A stretch of DNA of 54,754 bases from a virus. Lineage: Duplodnaviria; Caudoviricetes. The stretch is from the IMG/VR virus record IMGVR_UViG_3300024279_000003, positions 1-54,754 of that record; one strand, 5' to 3'. Shown here piece by piece: positions 8,587 to 18,527 of this stretch (positions within the stretch are counted from its first letter, which is position 1; each line of letters begins with the position of its first letter). Made by a program: the position numbers and the translations under genes. The notes beneath the pieces are model-generated. The model worked only from the letters and a program-made list of their open reading frames with translations, was not told the origin of the DNA and did not search any database.

Positions 8587-9968
8587 TTAGAGCTTTAGCA
8601 ATACTATTAGTTTCCTGTGTAGCTGCTTTTGGGCAGGCTTTCTCATTTAATGATTTAGCTTGGATGAGCCAAGGTGGGATAGTTAATAGTAGCTTTGATG
8701 CACTAGATAACTATAATGTTGGCCCATTACAGAGTCTTAACAGTTCTGATACAGCTAATCTTGGAGCTAACTTTACAGCGGGATATGTTGTATCTCCTAC
8801 ATTTCCGTATAGATTATGGGACCTCTTAACCAATTCAACATATAGTGGGGCATTAACTGCGTTGAATGGTGGAGCAGATGATAATGCTGAGACAGTTGTT
8901 TACTGGAATGGAACCTTTGTTGCTGAGATATTTACTCTACAGCCTGTAGCCACAGCAACTCTTGCAGGAAATAATGTAACTCTTACTGCAACTGCACCAT
9001 TAGCTACAGCATATCAATGGAAGAAGAATGGGTCTAGTGTAGTGGGAGCTACATTAAGTAGTTTTACACTTAGTTCTGTATCTTCTTCTGATTGGGCTGA
9101 TTATAAAGTTACTGCTACCTGTCCTAGTGCTGGTGGTAATTTTGATTCTGACACTGTAAATGTAGCCATTGTTGATACTACAACGGTATCTAATTGGGTA
9201 ACTTTGTGTGGGATTAACGGAGGCACACTTACATCGAATACTATCTATGCTGTAAATGTATTTTGGAATGGGATGATTACGGATGGAATAGACACAGATA
9301 TGTATTCTGTGAACTGTTATGTTCCTGACCATCTTCAATCTTGTCTTACTCCTTTAGTGAATATTGGTGGTCCTACTATATGGGTGAATAATGGACCATT
9401 TGTTAGTGGGGATTTAACTGTTAATGGATTGATTAGTAGTGGTGGTGGCACAAAGTATCTGGATACAGGGATAAAGGATAGCACCACATTTAGCTCTGTA
9501 AATGATGTTGGATTTACTATCTATTTCTCAGCAACTCCTAGTGATGGTGGACTGATAGGCATAATTACACCAGATGTTAGTGGTGGATATATGCTGAATG
9601 CTAACCGTTCAGGTAATGCACAATGGTATGATTATGGTCCATCTTCAGGCGGTTTAGGTAATCTACATGCTACTTCTCCTGGTCCGGGATACTATTGTGG
9701 AGTTAGGACAGCATCTAATGCTGAAGCATTCTATTTTGCAAGTAGTGGAAGTGCACATGCTGCGTTAGCTACAGGTTCTACCGCACCGGGAGAAGCATTG
9801 GTTGGGATTAATGTGTATATCTTCAACTGCAATGGCACAAGTGTTCCAACAACCAACAAAAGAATCTCCTACACTTCTATTTCCAAAGGATTAACTAGCA
9901 CAAAATCAAGTCATCAATATAATCGTGTGCAAACTCTTAGAACAACACTTGGTGGAGGATTTCAATAA
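8583..9968 (+). CDS. Exported protein with an Ig-like domain and a probable lectin-like C-terminal domain
   Basis: Signal MIRALAILLVSCVAAFG; Ig pattern VTLTATA...YQWKKNG..VVGAT..FTL..V...D.ADYKV. The lectin-like call is tentative. Confidence 0.7.
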   Translation: MIRALAILLVSCVAAFGQAFSFNDLAWMSQGGIVNSSFDALDNYNVGPLQSLNSSDTANLGANFTAGYVVSPTFPYRLWDLLTNSTYSGALTALNGGADDNAETVVYWNGTFVAEIFTLQPVATATLAGNNVTLTATAPLATAYQWKKNGSSVVGATLSSFTLSSVSSSDWADYKVTATCPSAGGNFDSDTVNVAIVDTTTVSNWVTLCGINGGTLTSNTIYAVNVFWNGMITDGIDTDMYSVNCYVPDHLQSCLTPLVNIGGPTIWVNNGPFVSGDLTVNGLISSGGGTKYLDTGIKDSTTFSSVNDVGFTIYFSATPSDGGLIGIITPDVSGGYMLNANRSGNAQWYDYGPSSGGLGNLHATSPGPGYYCGVRTASNAEAFYFASSGSAHAALATGSTAPGEALVGINVYIFNCNGTSVPTTNKRISYTSISKGLTSTKSSHQYNRVQTLRTTLGGGFQ

Positions 9969-10708
9969 TGAAAAGACGTAAATTTCTAAGGTCATTTGGG
10001 TTAGCCGCCAGTGGATTAATATTTGTTCCCCGCCATCTATTAGCTAACTCTAATATCATTACGGCTAACTCTCTTAAGAACATACAAATGTTCAATTCTA
10101 CTTGGGCTAGGTCAGTTGCTTTACCTAGTTCATGGAGTAAGATAAGAGCGGGAGTGTTACTTTATTTGGACCCTACGGCATTTACAACACTTACTGGAAC
10201 CCCTAAATTTACATTAGGTTTCTGTCATGGCACAGCAAACAAGGTTGGTAATCCAACTACTGACCATTTTGTTGGTGTTCAATCTACCTCTGCTACATGG
10301 CCATATCCGGGGAATGATGGACGTAGTAGTGATTATAAGCCTTTAGTAGACGTTGCCAGCACTCCAACTTATGGAACTGCTATAGCTACAAATTCCCTAT
10401 ATATTCCATGTTCTGCTTCTGCTGGAAGTGTTAGGAATGTGTTCTTTGTTGATATCACTAAAGGTTCTCCGAACTATACATTTAACATTTTTGGTCCTAT
10501 TGGAATTGGTGGTGATGTAACTGTAGCTACTTTCTTAGCTCAAATGGCACAATCTAGTCCATCTATTGCAACACATAATTTCTTTAGTGCTCAGACAATG
10601 GCAGTTGATGAAGCAGGTAATGGATTATTGAATGCTATAAATTGCTATTGGGACCATACAGATTACGCAATAAACATTTGTGCTTTAGGAGTTACTGTTT
10701 TGGCATGA
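9968..10708 (+). CDS. Protein with a twin-arginine (Tat) signal peptide
   Basis: MKRRKFLRSFGLAASGLIFVPRHLLA matches RRxFL plus a hydrophobic region. Confidence 0.75.
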   Translation: MKRRKFLRSFGLAASGLIFVPRHLLANSNIITANSLKNIQMFNSTWARSVALPSSWSKIRAGVLLYLDPTAFTTLTGTPKFTLGFCHGTANKVGNPTTDHFVGVQSTSATWPYPGNDGRSSDYKPLVDVASTPTYGTAIATNSLYIPCSASAGSVRNVFFVDITKGSPNYTFNIFGPIGIGGDVTVATFLAQMAQSSPSIATHNFFSAQTMAVDEAGNGLLNAINCYWDHTDYAINICALGVTVLA

Positions 10709-10965
10709 GTAGAGGACCACGATTTAATTACAGGTTGCGAAAGAATAAGAATTTTAATTCTAAGCGACGTATACAAGTATGGACTTTGTTTGCTGAAGGT
10801 TATCCAGCGAAAGAGATATCTGCTATGCTTGGGATTACTCTAAAGACAGTGAGCTATCATAAATGTTGGATTACAGATTATTTTAACATACGAAGAAACG
10901 ATGCAATGTTCTATCGTCTTGCTGTAGCATTTGGATTAGTAGATAAACAGAAACCAATACAATGA
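10705..10965 (+). CDS. Stand-alone LuxR/NarL-type HTH protein (start probably ATG 10705)
   Basis: QVWTLFAEGYPAKEISAMLGITLKTVSYHK matches the GerE/LuxR HTH pattern; ATGA coupling. Confidence 0.85.
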   Translation: MSRGPRFNYRLRKNKNFNSKRRIQVWTLFAEGYPAKEISAMLGITLKTVSYHKCWITDYFNIRRNDAMFYRLAVAFGLVDKQKPIQ

Positions 10966-11372
10966 AAACAAAAGTAACACTAGCAACACTACTTGCCGGA
11001 TTAACCACGCTATCCGCGTTATGCGCGGGTGCTCAAACTAAACCTTTGGGACTCTTTTGGGATAATCCCAATCCAGTAAATACTAATGAGGGATTTAATA
11101 TCTATTCCTCAACCAGTATGAGTATTCCCACTAATCAGTGGCCACTGTTAACTTCGATTCCAAATCCAGTATTAGTTCCCTTAACAAATGTTAATGGTAT
11201 CAACTACACGAATCATTATTGGTTCTTTACCAATGTGGTTCCCGGTAACTATTTCTTCACCGTCACACTCACTAATCGATTCTGGAAGTTAGAAAGTTTT
11301 TTCTCCGGAGTGGCGGCGGCTCAGGCACCGTCAACAAACCTATTAATCAACCTGGGATTAACAGTTCCTTAA
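10962..11372 (+). CDS. Exported FN3-like Thr-Asn-rich protein
   Basis: Signal peptide, L.WD, GFNIY, YFFTVT..N...ES.FS pattern typical of FN3-like domains. Confidence 0.6.
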   Translation: MKTKVTLATLLAGLTTLSALCAGAQTKPLGLFWDNPNPVNTNEGFNIYSSTSMSIPTNQWPLLTSIPNPVLVPLTNVNGINYTNHYWFFTNVVPGNYFFTVTLTNRFWKLESFFSGVAAAQAPSTNLLINLGLTVP

Positions 11373-11378
11373 TTAAAA

Positions 11379-11858
11379 GTGGCCCGCCTCCATTACCGAA
11401 GGTTATCTATATTTTCAGAACAAATGGGTGATACAGACATATTTGATTACAAGGGAGCTATCCGCGATATAGAGAAAACTATTGCTGCTTTGCAACCGCC
11501 TAGAAAGGTTCTATTGGTGGATGATGATGTGGCTGATGTTACTCTTATCTTAAAGAAACTAGAAAGCTTCAATGTAGAGGTAACAGTTGTTCATACAGGT
11601 GAGGAAGCACAGGTTATAATGGCTAAGGTTAAGTTTGACCTTGTGATGTTTGATTTAGTCATGCCTGGAATGGATGGACTAGAGTTGATAATGAGAACAA
11701 CCGGATTGAACCCTGGAACACGCTTTGCTCTAATTACTGGTTATCCATCTAGCCATAAAGTAGATGCGGTTCTTAAACAAGGTGCAGTTATGCTAGCTAA
11801 ACCACTAGATGACCACGCATTAGAAGTGATAGTTCCTCGTAAGATTAAAGCCGTATGA
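11379..11858 (+). CDS. CheY-like response regulator receiver protein (alternative start ATG 11424)
   Basis: KVLLVDDD, FDLVMFDLVMPGMDGLEL, ITGY and AKP show that all catalytic receiver residues are present. Confidence 0.92.
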   Translation: MARLHYRRLSIFSEQMGDTDIFDYKGAIRDIEKTIAALQPPRKVLLVDDDVADVTLILKKLESFNVEVTVVHTGEEAQVIMAKVKFDLVMFDLVMPGMDGLELIMRTTGLNPGTRFALITGYPSSHKVDAVLKQGAVMLAKPLDDHALEVIVPRKIKAV

Positions 11859-12163
11859 CTGACCGAGACTATATGGACCAACTTGTTAGTGTAATCCATT
11901 CAAAGATAGATAAGATGCAGGAGGATTACGCTGAATTACGCATAGCCATTAGTGGGGGAGATATGAGTGGAAAACCTGGGGTATTACAGAATCAAGTAAG
12001 GATGATTAATGCTTTATTTGATGAGAAAGAGGGATTGGTTCCAAGACTAACTGCTATGGAGCGTAGAGAACTGGAAAGAATGAGCTTTATACGTGGAGCA
12101 TACTTCATAGTAGGTGGAGTAGGATTGATAGTTGGATGGTTACTGAATCATTTCGTTAAATAA
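11855..12163 (+). CDS. Coiled-coil protein with C-terminal TM helix (holin-like)
   Basis: GLVPRLTAMERRE followed by a hydrophobic C-terminal helix. Confidence 0.55.
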   Translation: MTDRDYMDQLVSVIHSKIDKMQEDYAELRIAISGGDMSGKPGVLQNQVRMINALFDEKEGLVPRLTAMERRELERMSFIRGAYFIVGGVGLIVGWLLNHFVK

Positions 12164-12164
12164 T

Positions 12165-12497
12165 ATGCCTGATACAACGACAACTACCAGTAGTTTGGGT
12201 AAGGTAACATTGAAACTTGCTGTAGTTTGGGGAGTAATGTTTTCTCTTCAAGCTCTTTGCACTTGTATCATTGCATCTCTATCTAATGTTAAATGGAATC
12301 AACTTGAAGCACAATCTAAGTTCCTGATTGTTCTAATGATTTTTGGGAATTGGAGCACTACAATGATGGCGTTTCTATCTAAGACTGTTGCTAGATTAGA
12401 AGCTGGTAAAGAACCTATTCCTATGAATGGAACTGATGTATTTACAAAAGCTCCAGATGGAACTGTAGTAACAGTATCAACACAGGATAAAAAATGA
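12165..12497 (+). CDS. Two-TM membrane protein (holin-like)
   Basis: Two hydrophobic segments and a charged C-terminus. Confidence 0.55.
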   Translation: MPDTTTTTSSLGKVTLKLAVVWGVMFSLQALCTCIIASLSNVKWNQLEAQSKFLIVLMIFGNWSTTMMAFLSKTVARLEAGKEPIPMNGTDVFTKAPDGTVVTVSTQDKK

Positions 12498-13003
12498 AAT
12501 ATCTACCTACACTTTCACTCCTACTGCTCTGTTTAAATCTTAGTGCTCAGACCACTAACACAAACAGATTGTTCAGCACAAATACCACAATGATAGTGGT
12601 TAGGACAAATATACCCTTCATTTTATCTGAATATCCACAGCTTTCAGGTGTATCTAATATTCTAGCTGAAGTAGGAATTCTATCATCTTATCAACCTGTT
12701 ACAAATGTATGGCCAAACGCAGGTGTAATTGACTTCTCAACTAATGCTAGTTACGGATATACCATGAATGGAGATTTATCTATAACTGGATTTGTGTATA
12801 CCGGAAGTTTTTCTACAAACGACCCTACAGTTCATCTTTGGCTAACAAATCATGATGGAGTTACACATACATTTACAGTTCCAGCATCATGTAGAACTAC
12901 AACTGGAGCTAGAGTAAATTATGTAACAAATGCTTTGGTTTCCGATTATGAGTTTCATATCGGTTATGGTATGACTAACCTCATAATTAGAAACCTTTGG
13001 TAA
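12494..13003 (+). CDS. Exported Thr-Asn-rich protein
   Basis: Signal MKYLPTLSLLLLCLNLSA; 10 TN dipeptides; C-terminal half resembles 7993..8586. Confidence 0.7.
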   Translation: MKYLPTLSLLLLCLNLSAQTTNTNRLFSTNTTMIVVRTNIPFILSEYPQLSGVSNILAEVGILSSYQPVTNVWPNAGVIDFSTNASYGYTMNGDLSITGFVYTGSFSTNDPTVHLWLTNHDGVTHTFTVPASCRTTTGARVNYVTNALVSDYEFHIGYGMTNLIIRNLW

Positions 13004-13028
13004 AAAAGAACCTATAAGTAAAACACGT

Positions 13029-13412
13029 ATGAATAAAATCAAACACATAGGCATCATAGTAGCTATCATGATGATGGTATCTACCTTTGCAGGGTGTAAA
13101 TCTACACCTTATAAAGTTGCTGCCACAACTACAATATCAGTTCAAACTGCTATGAGTTTGTGGGGAGCATATGTATCAGCTAATCATCCACCTGTAGAAC
13201 AAGAACAGGCTGTAAAGACTGCTTACGAAAAGTGGCAACTCTCTATGGCTATTGTCTGTGATGCTGGTAAAACATATGCTGCTGCACAGCAAGCAGGTGC
13301 ATCTAATCAATCAGTTTTATTAGCTGCACTAGAACAATCTATTACAGATTTGGATGTGAACAAAACTGACCTTGTTAATCTTCTTGTTTCCTTTGGAGTT
13401 AAAATATCATGA
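13029..13412 (+). CDS. Lipoprotein, helical (possibly spanin-like or lysis accessory)
   Basis: Lipobox FAGC after a hydrophobic stretch. Confidence 0.7.
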   Translation: MNKIKHIGIIVAIMMMVSTFAGCKSTPYKVAATTTISVQTAMSLWGAYVSANHPPVEQEQAVKTAYEKWQLSMAIVCDAGKTYAAAQQAGASNQSVLLAALEQSITDLDVNKTDLVNLLVSFGVKIS

Positions 13413-13600
13413 GTCCTACACTTCTAGCATCTATTGTAGCTCTTGTAGCTGAAGCTGTTAAACTTGAACCTCAATTTGAGCAAGACCTTAAAGCTATCTT
13501 TGCAAAAAATACTGCTACTCCTGCTGATTGGCAGGCGTTGAAAGATTCTGTTCTTGCAAAGAAATACAAGGATTACGTTCCTGATTCAAAGATTGTTTAA
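13409..13600 (+). CDS. Small hypothetical protein coupled to the lipoprotein gene
   Basis: ATGA overlap; 63 aa. Confidence 0.6.
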   Translation: MSPTLLASIVALVAEAVKLEPQFEQDLKAIFAKNTATPADWQALKDSVLAKKYKDYVPDSKIV

Positions 13601-13622
13601 CGTGCCATAGATATATTGGCGT

Positions 13623-14336
13623 ATGAGTGATTTCGTTGATGTAACAAAGTATCTGGATAAGTTTCCAGTTAGAGTTGCATCTTATCAGGAAGCACTCAAC
13701 GCCAATATACCTTTTGATAAATTCTATGGTAAGGTTGCAACTAGAGCTATCAAGAAGATATTTTGGTATATCCAGTTACAACCGTATCAAGTTATTGGTT
13801 CCCTATCTGGCAGACTTATATTCCAATACAATATAACAATGCCGGTTCCATTCTATATTCTTGGAGTTGTTAATGCTCCTCCATTCTATAAGCCCGGAAT
13901 CTCTACAACTGGAATGCAAGCTGTTGGAGCAGTTAAATGGAGAAAAGGAACTGATGTTTCCCGATACTGTATTATAAATAAGGAATGGAAAGGACCATTA
14001 ACATTCTTCATCAATCATCAGAATAAAGTATCCTTTGTTCCATCAATGCCTGATTATGGAAATCAAGTTATTCCTGCAAATTTCTGTATAGAATTTTGGA
14101 CTTCATTTCTAGATATAGCTGCATCTGGACAACTTGGAAAGCAATCTGGATTTGCAACACCAATTCTCATTCAAACTTCTATAATGAGTGACCCTCTTAC
14201 AGCTGATGATGCTGCTGTAATTGTGCAAGCTGTAAATCCAATTAGTGTTCCTATTGATACCCATACTCTAGGAGTAGGTTTGCCAGAACCTTTACCCTAT
14301 ACACAAGATGACATTGTTTGGTTAGATAATCCATAA
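13623..14336 (+). CDS. Hypothetical structural protein
   Basis: 237-aa ORF at the start of the tail block. Confidence 0.55.
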   Translation: MSDFVDVTKYLDKFPVRVASYQEALNANIPFDKFYGKVATRAIKKIFWYIQLQPYQVIGSLSGRLIFQYNITMPVPFYILGVVNAPPFYKPGISTTGMQAVGAVKWRKGTDVSRYCIINKEWKGPLTFFINHQNKVSFVPSMPDYGNQVIPANFCIEFWTSFLDIAASGQLGKQSGFATPILIQTSIMSDPLTADDAAVIVQAVNPISVPIDTHTLGVGLPEPLPYTQDDIVWLDNP

Positions 14337-14337
14337 T

Positions 14338-15477
14338 ATGTTAACAATACAAGACTTTGTTCATGGAAGAGATTTTACTGGAATCAATCCAGCTACAGGT
14401 GGCGACCACAATAACCTAGTAGATTTAGCTGCTCCACATGCTGATTCTGCTTCAGAAGGTATTGGATTAGTTATCTGGACTATTGATACAGCATTAAATA
14501 CTCCTGATGTTCCAGACCCTACAGGTCTTGGTGCTGGTAAATGGAAAAGATATCTTTGGCTTCGTATTCCATTTCAAGGTATTCCATTACCTCCTACTTT
14601 AACACCTTTACTCTATGGATGGAATGATGCTGGATTATCTATCCCTACATATCTTAAATGGATACAAATTGTATCTGATACAGCATCTCTTCAAACTCAG
14701 ATTAATAATATAGTAAATCAGATTGGCACAATACAATCTACAGCTGTTAATGCTCAAACGATTGCGAATCAAGCGAACACTACAGCGGGAATTGCCAATA
14801 CTAATTCTCAGAATGCTTTAACTCAAGTAGCCGCTGCAACAAATACTGCAAATGCTGCTAAGACTGAAGCTGACCAAGCTATTGCTGGAGTAAATACTCT
14901 TACTACAGACCTTAATACTTTACAGCAGCAAGTTTCCACAATAGTTCAGACAAGCATTCCTACAGTTACCAATATTCAGAGAGCATGTGTTATTCTATCT
15001 GAAATTGCTAATGCTGGAAATGATTTAGCTGCTGCTGTAGCTGGTTCAAATCTGAGGACAATTAACCAGAAAGATTATGACCCACAGAATTTGATTACAT
15101 TAAATGCTGGCAAAATGACTTTTAACTTGGCCGGCACCTATCGCATCCGTGCGACAGTTCCTATTGTGTATATCAATCCGGGTTCAGGTCATGACCCATT
15201 AACTGCTCAATCATATATTAAGAGAGATTCAGATAGTGGTTCATTTATTACGAGCACATCAATTTGGTTACAGGCTCCAAGTGCAAATAATGTAATAACA
15301 GGATTTATGACACTTGATGGTGTTATAACTGTTACTGCTGCTCAAGTTTGGAGATTAGATACACACTGTTCTGAATCTGGATTAGGACTTCTAGGTCAAC
15401 ATGCTCAAGATGGAGTCCATTTTCCACCCGCAACTCATGAAGTATTCACTGTGATAGAGATTCAACAATTACAGTAA
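14338..15477 (+). CDS. Tail fibre or spike-like protein (coiled coil plus C1q/TNF-like head)
   Basis: A/N/T/Q heptad stalk, then YDPQNLITLNAGKMTFNLAGTYRIRATV jelly-roll pattern. Confidence 0.6.
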   Translation: MLTIQDFVHGRDFTGINPATGGDHNNLVDLAAPHADSASEGIGLVIWTIDTALNTPDVPDPTGLGAGKWKRYLWLRIPFQGIPLPPTLTPLLYGWNDAGLSIPTYLKWIQIVSDTASLQTQINNIVNQIGTIQSTAVNAQTIANQANTTAGIANTNSQNALTQVAAATNTANAAKTEADQAIAGVNTLTTDLNTLQQQVSTIVQTSIPTVTNIQRACVILSEIANAGNDLAAAVAGSNLRTINQKDYDPQNLITLNAGKMTFNLAGTYRIRATVPIVYINPGSGHDPLTAQSYIKRDSDSGSFITSTSIWLQAPSANNVITGFMTLDGVITVTAAQVWRLDTHCSESGLGLLGQHAQDGVHFPPATHEVFTVIEIQQLQ

Positions 15478-15479
15478 TT

Positions 15480-16463
15480 ATGTTAATTGATGTTTTAAAG
15501 CGTATATCTGCTGAAACTGGATATCATTCTGTCCAGAAGAGAGATACTATTCTCTCCTATATGGAACAAGCAGCTAACGAAATGCATGAACTTCTCGAAT
15601 GCACTAAAATGTATCGTGAAGTTACACTTGTAGTTCCACCTAATAAGGTTGTAACTCTTCCATCATTTATTGGTGAATTGAGAGGAATGAGAATGCATAC
15701 AAATGAGCTACCATTTGATGTAAATTCTATAGCTCAACCTCGATATGTTTCTACAACTCTTGCTCACAAATTCAAGAATTGGAGAGATTTGGGCGAATCT
15801 GCTATTCAGACAAGTATGACTCAGGCTAGCATCATTAATATCACATGCCTGGGTCATGAAGCTGTGCCGATTACAGTCAAAATTACAGGTCCAACTAATA
15901 TATCATCATATATTGAGGAAGATGTTGTAATTAATCCTAGTGATACTCTTCTATCAACACAAAATGTTTTCACTGATATACAGACAATCTCTTCAGATGA
16001 TGATAGACAATTTAATATTCAATTCTCAGAGCAAGTAGATGGAACTGTTCTTGCTATCCTCAATAACAATCAAGTTAAAACTAGATATAAGTGGATTGAT
16101 GTATCTTTGATATTCTGGACACTTGATACTGTTGATGGTGGCTCTCTAATTGATGTTCTATATAAACTCCCCAGAACAAAGCTTCGCAATGATGCGGATT
16201 CGTTCTTTGCTGGTGAAGATTATGATGAAGCATGGTATTCAATGTCCATGTATCATTATTATAGGAATATCCAAAATCGATTAGCAGATGCCCAAACAAT
16301 GAGACAAGCAGCTTTAACCATGCTAATGGCCGCCAAGGAGTCATCAGAATCGGGGATAGTAAAGAAAGTTCAATTCGGTAGGAATAAATTCTACGGATTG
16401 TTCCGGAAATACAGATATTTTCCGGGGTCAGTTACTAATGTTGACCACAATGTTCAGACATAA
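15480..16463 (+). CDS. Putative head-tail adaptor (tail tubular A-like)
   Basis: Helical N- and C-termini around a beta core; precedes the nozzle-like gene. Confidence 0.55.
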   Translation: MLIDVLKRISAETGYHSVQKRDTILSYMEQAANEMHELLECTKMYREVTLVVPPNKVVTLPSFIGELRGMRMHTNELPFDVNSIAQPRYVSTTLAHKFKNWRDLGESAIQTSMTQASIINITCLGHEAVPITVKITGPTNISSYIEEDVVINPSDTLLSTQNVFTDIQTISSDDDRQFNIQFSEQVDGTVLAILNNNQVKTRYKWIDVSLIFWTLDTVDGGSLIDVLYKLPRTKLRNDADSFFAGEDYDEAWYSMSMYHYYRNIQNRLADAQTMRQAALTMLMAAKESSESGIVKKVQFGRNKFYGLFRKYRYFPGSVTNVDHNVQT

Positions 16464-18193
16464 TGCTCGCAACCCAATCAGTATTCACTAATCTTAATCT
16501 CCTTGCTGCTGATTCAGCATTACAGCAGGGAGAATATCTTTGGTTAATCAATGCTAGACAGAGATTTGGCTATAATGAGCCTATTCTCAAGCATAATGAT
16601 TTAACTGCTAGATTACCTCTTGGTAAAGTTCAGAATATTACTGCTGTTGGTAATGTTCTTCTAGCCTTTGTTGGTGGACTTGCATATTTTCAAGAAGATG
16701 GTTCATCCACTTGGACAAGATTACAAGACTTTGCAATGGATGGTAATGCTGACCAATATTGGACTCAATCTGTTCCAGAATCCAATATGAACTTTGTGCG
16801 TAAGGCTGCTACAAATATAAATTCGCCAATAGTTCTTACTACAGACTTTAAAGTTTCGGGCACTCCACAATGTGTAGTTGTGCAAGATGGAATCAATCAG
16901 CCTTGGTTGATAATCTATGATACGGTTAATCAAATATTCACAGCTAGACAATCCCACAATTATTCTCAGTGGTCTAATGTATCTGCTGACTTGAATGATA
17001 GAGAATATATTCCTATTGGAAAGCAGATGGCATTCATTGATGGAATTCTATTTATAGTTTCCCCTGATGGAACTAAAGTCTTTAGGTCAATCACTGGTAG
17101 ACCTTTAGATTTCATGGTTATTGTAGACCAATTTGGAAATAAACTCACTGATGAGAATCAAGGTAAAGCTGATAATATTGCATTTGCATTTGATTCTGAT
17201 ATAATTACCTGTCTACAAGCAACCTCAATTCCTCAATCATTTATCTATGGGACAGCAAGGAATACAAGAATCTGCACATTTGATTACACAATCACACTCT
17301 TTGGTGAACCAAGATTCAGTGTTACAACAAAACTATCATCGGGAGTTATTAACCAGTATGCGATTGTTGACATTCTCAATGATACAGCTTCAATTGACTT
17401 TGATGGAGTTAAGTCATTCAATGCAGTTCAACAGCTTAGATTTCGTGGAAGGAATTCAGTATTCTCGTTATCTATAAGCAAATTGCTGAAAACTAACTCT
17501 ACAAAGAGAATTAAACAGACTCGTTCTGTTTGTGTAAACTTCGATGATTATGCTATCTTCAATCTTGATACACGTTATGGTAATATCATGTGTATCTATG
17601 ATACTTTATCTGAGAAATGGGTAGCTCTCGATATTACTGTTGTATCTCAAATTAAACAATTTGCTGTTGTAGAGACTCTGACAACATCGAAACTCTATGC
17701 TATAACTTGGGAAGATGAATTATTTCAATTATTTGCAGGTCCAACAACTGAAACTGCAATGTTGAGAACAAAAGCATATGTTGCAGCAGAACCAATGGGT
17801 GAAGATGTTAGATATCCTCTAAAGACAACCTCAGTTGAACATAAGAGTGATTATATTAGACTTATGTTTAATTCTGGAACATTTGATGGTAAATGTATTG
17901 TTCTAGAGCTTGTTGATGACCAAATCTCTGACCCTAATGGAGAATCTAAAACTCTTAGAGGTGTTACTTCTGGAGTTAAGTTTCCAGTTAGACCGCCAAT
18001 CAGACCTAATAATGACCAGCAGGTAGATAATCCTACATTTGTTCTTAAGGATGGTCTACATGGCAAAAAGATTTCATGCATTGTAATTTGGAATAATGAT
18101 GCACAGCTTGTAGAATATGAATATATGTCCTCCAATACAGCAGAGAATACTGCTGGTTCTCAAAAGCAACAGGTTTATACCAATCAAGAATAA
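16463..18193 (+). CDS. Putative tail nozzle / stabilisation protein (tubular B or P22 gp10-like)
   Basis: 576 aa with beta-propeller-like pattern (VVQDGINQP, FIDGILFI, VFRS); podovirus position. Confidence 0.65.
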   Translation: MLATQSVFTNLNLLAADSALQQGEYLWLINARQRFGYNEPILKHNDLTARLPLGKVQNITAVGNVLLAFVGGLAYFQEDGSSTWTRLQDFAMDGNADQYWTQSVPESNMNFVRKAATNINSPIVLTTDFKVSGTPQCVVVQDGINQPWLIIYDTVNQIFTARQSHNYSQWSNVSADLNDREYIPIGKQMAFIDGILFIVSPDGTKVFRSITGRPLDFMVIVDQFGNKLTDENQGKADNIAFAFDSDIITCLQATSIPQSFIYGTARNTRICTFDYTITLFGEPRFSVTTKLSSGVINQYAIVDILNDTASIDFDGVKSFNAVQQLRFRGRNSVFSLSISKLLKTNSTKRIKQTRSVCVNFDDYAIFNLDTRYGNIMCIYDTLSEKWVALDITVVSQIKQFAVVETLTTSKLYAITWEDELFQLFAGPTTETAMLRTKAYVAAEPMGEDVRYPLKTTSVEHKSDYIRLMFNSGTFDGKCIVLELVDDQISDPNGESKTLRGVTSGVKFPVRPPIRPNNDQQVDNPTFVLKDGLHGKKISCIVIWNNDAQLVEYEYMSSNTAENTAGSQKQQVYTNQE

Positions 18194-18196
18194 CAT

Positions 18197-18523
18197 ATGG
18201 CACTTACAGCACAACTAGCCTTAGTAGTTCCAGCATTACCAGATGCAGATTTCTGGTTTATTAATGCTGCTTCATGGTCTAACTATTGGCAGGGAATTCA
18301 AATGACAGCTAATTTTGCTGCCGCTGCTAATGCAAAGTATGTCCCTTCACCATTTGACCCAACAACAGACATTGATAATTTCAATGTTGATGGTGTTGAT
18401 TACTTTGTGCCATCTCTAGCTAGATTTGCATCGCTTCAAGCTCAAGTTGCTGCCTTAGATGCTGCATTTCAGGATATGAGAACAGCAATGAAAACTGCTG
18501 GATATATCCAAGAATCTCAATAA
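18197..18523 (+). CDS. Small virion protein with short coiled coil (needle or plug-like)
   Basis: LQAQVAALDAAFQDMRTAMKTAGYI; tail-block position. Confidence 0.5.
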   Translation: MALTAQLALVVPALPDADFWFINAASWSNYWQGIQMTANFAAAANAKYVPSPFDPTTDIDNFNVDGVDYFVPSLARFASLQAQVAALDAAFQDMRTAMKTAGYIQESQ

Positions 18524-18527
18524 ACAT

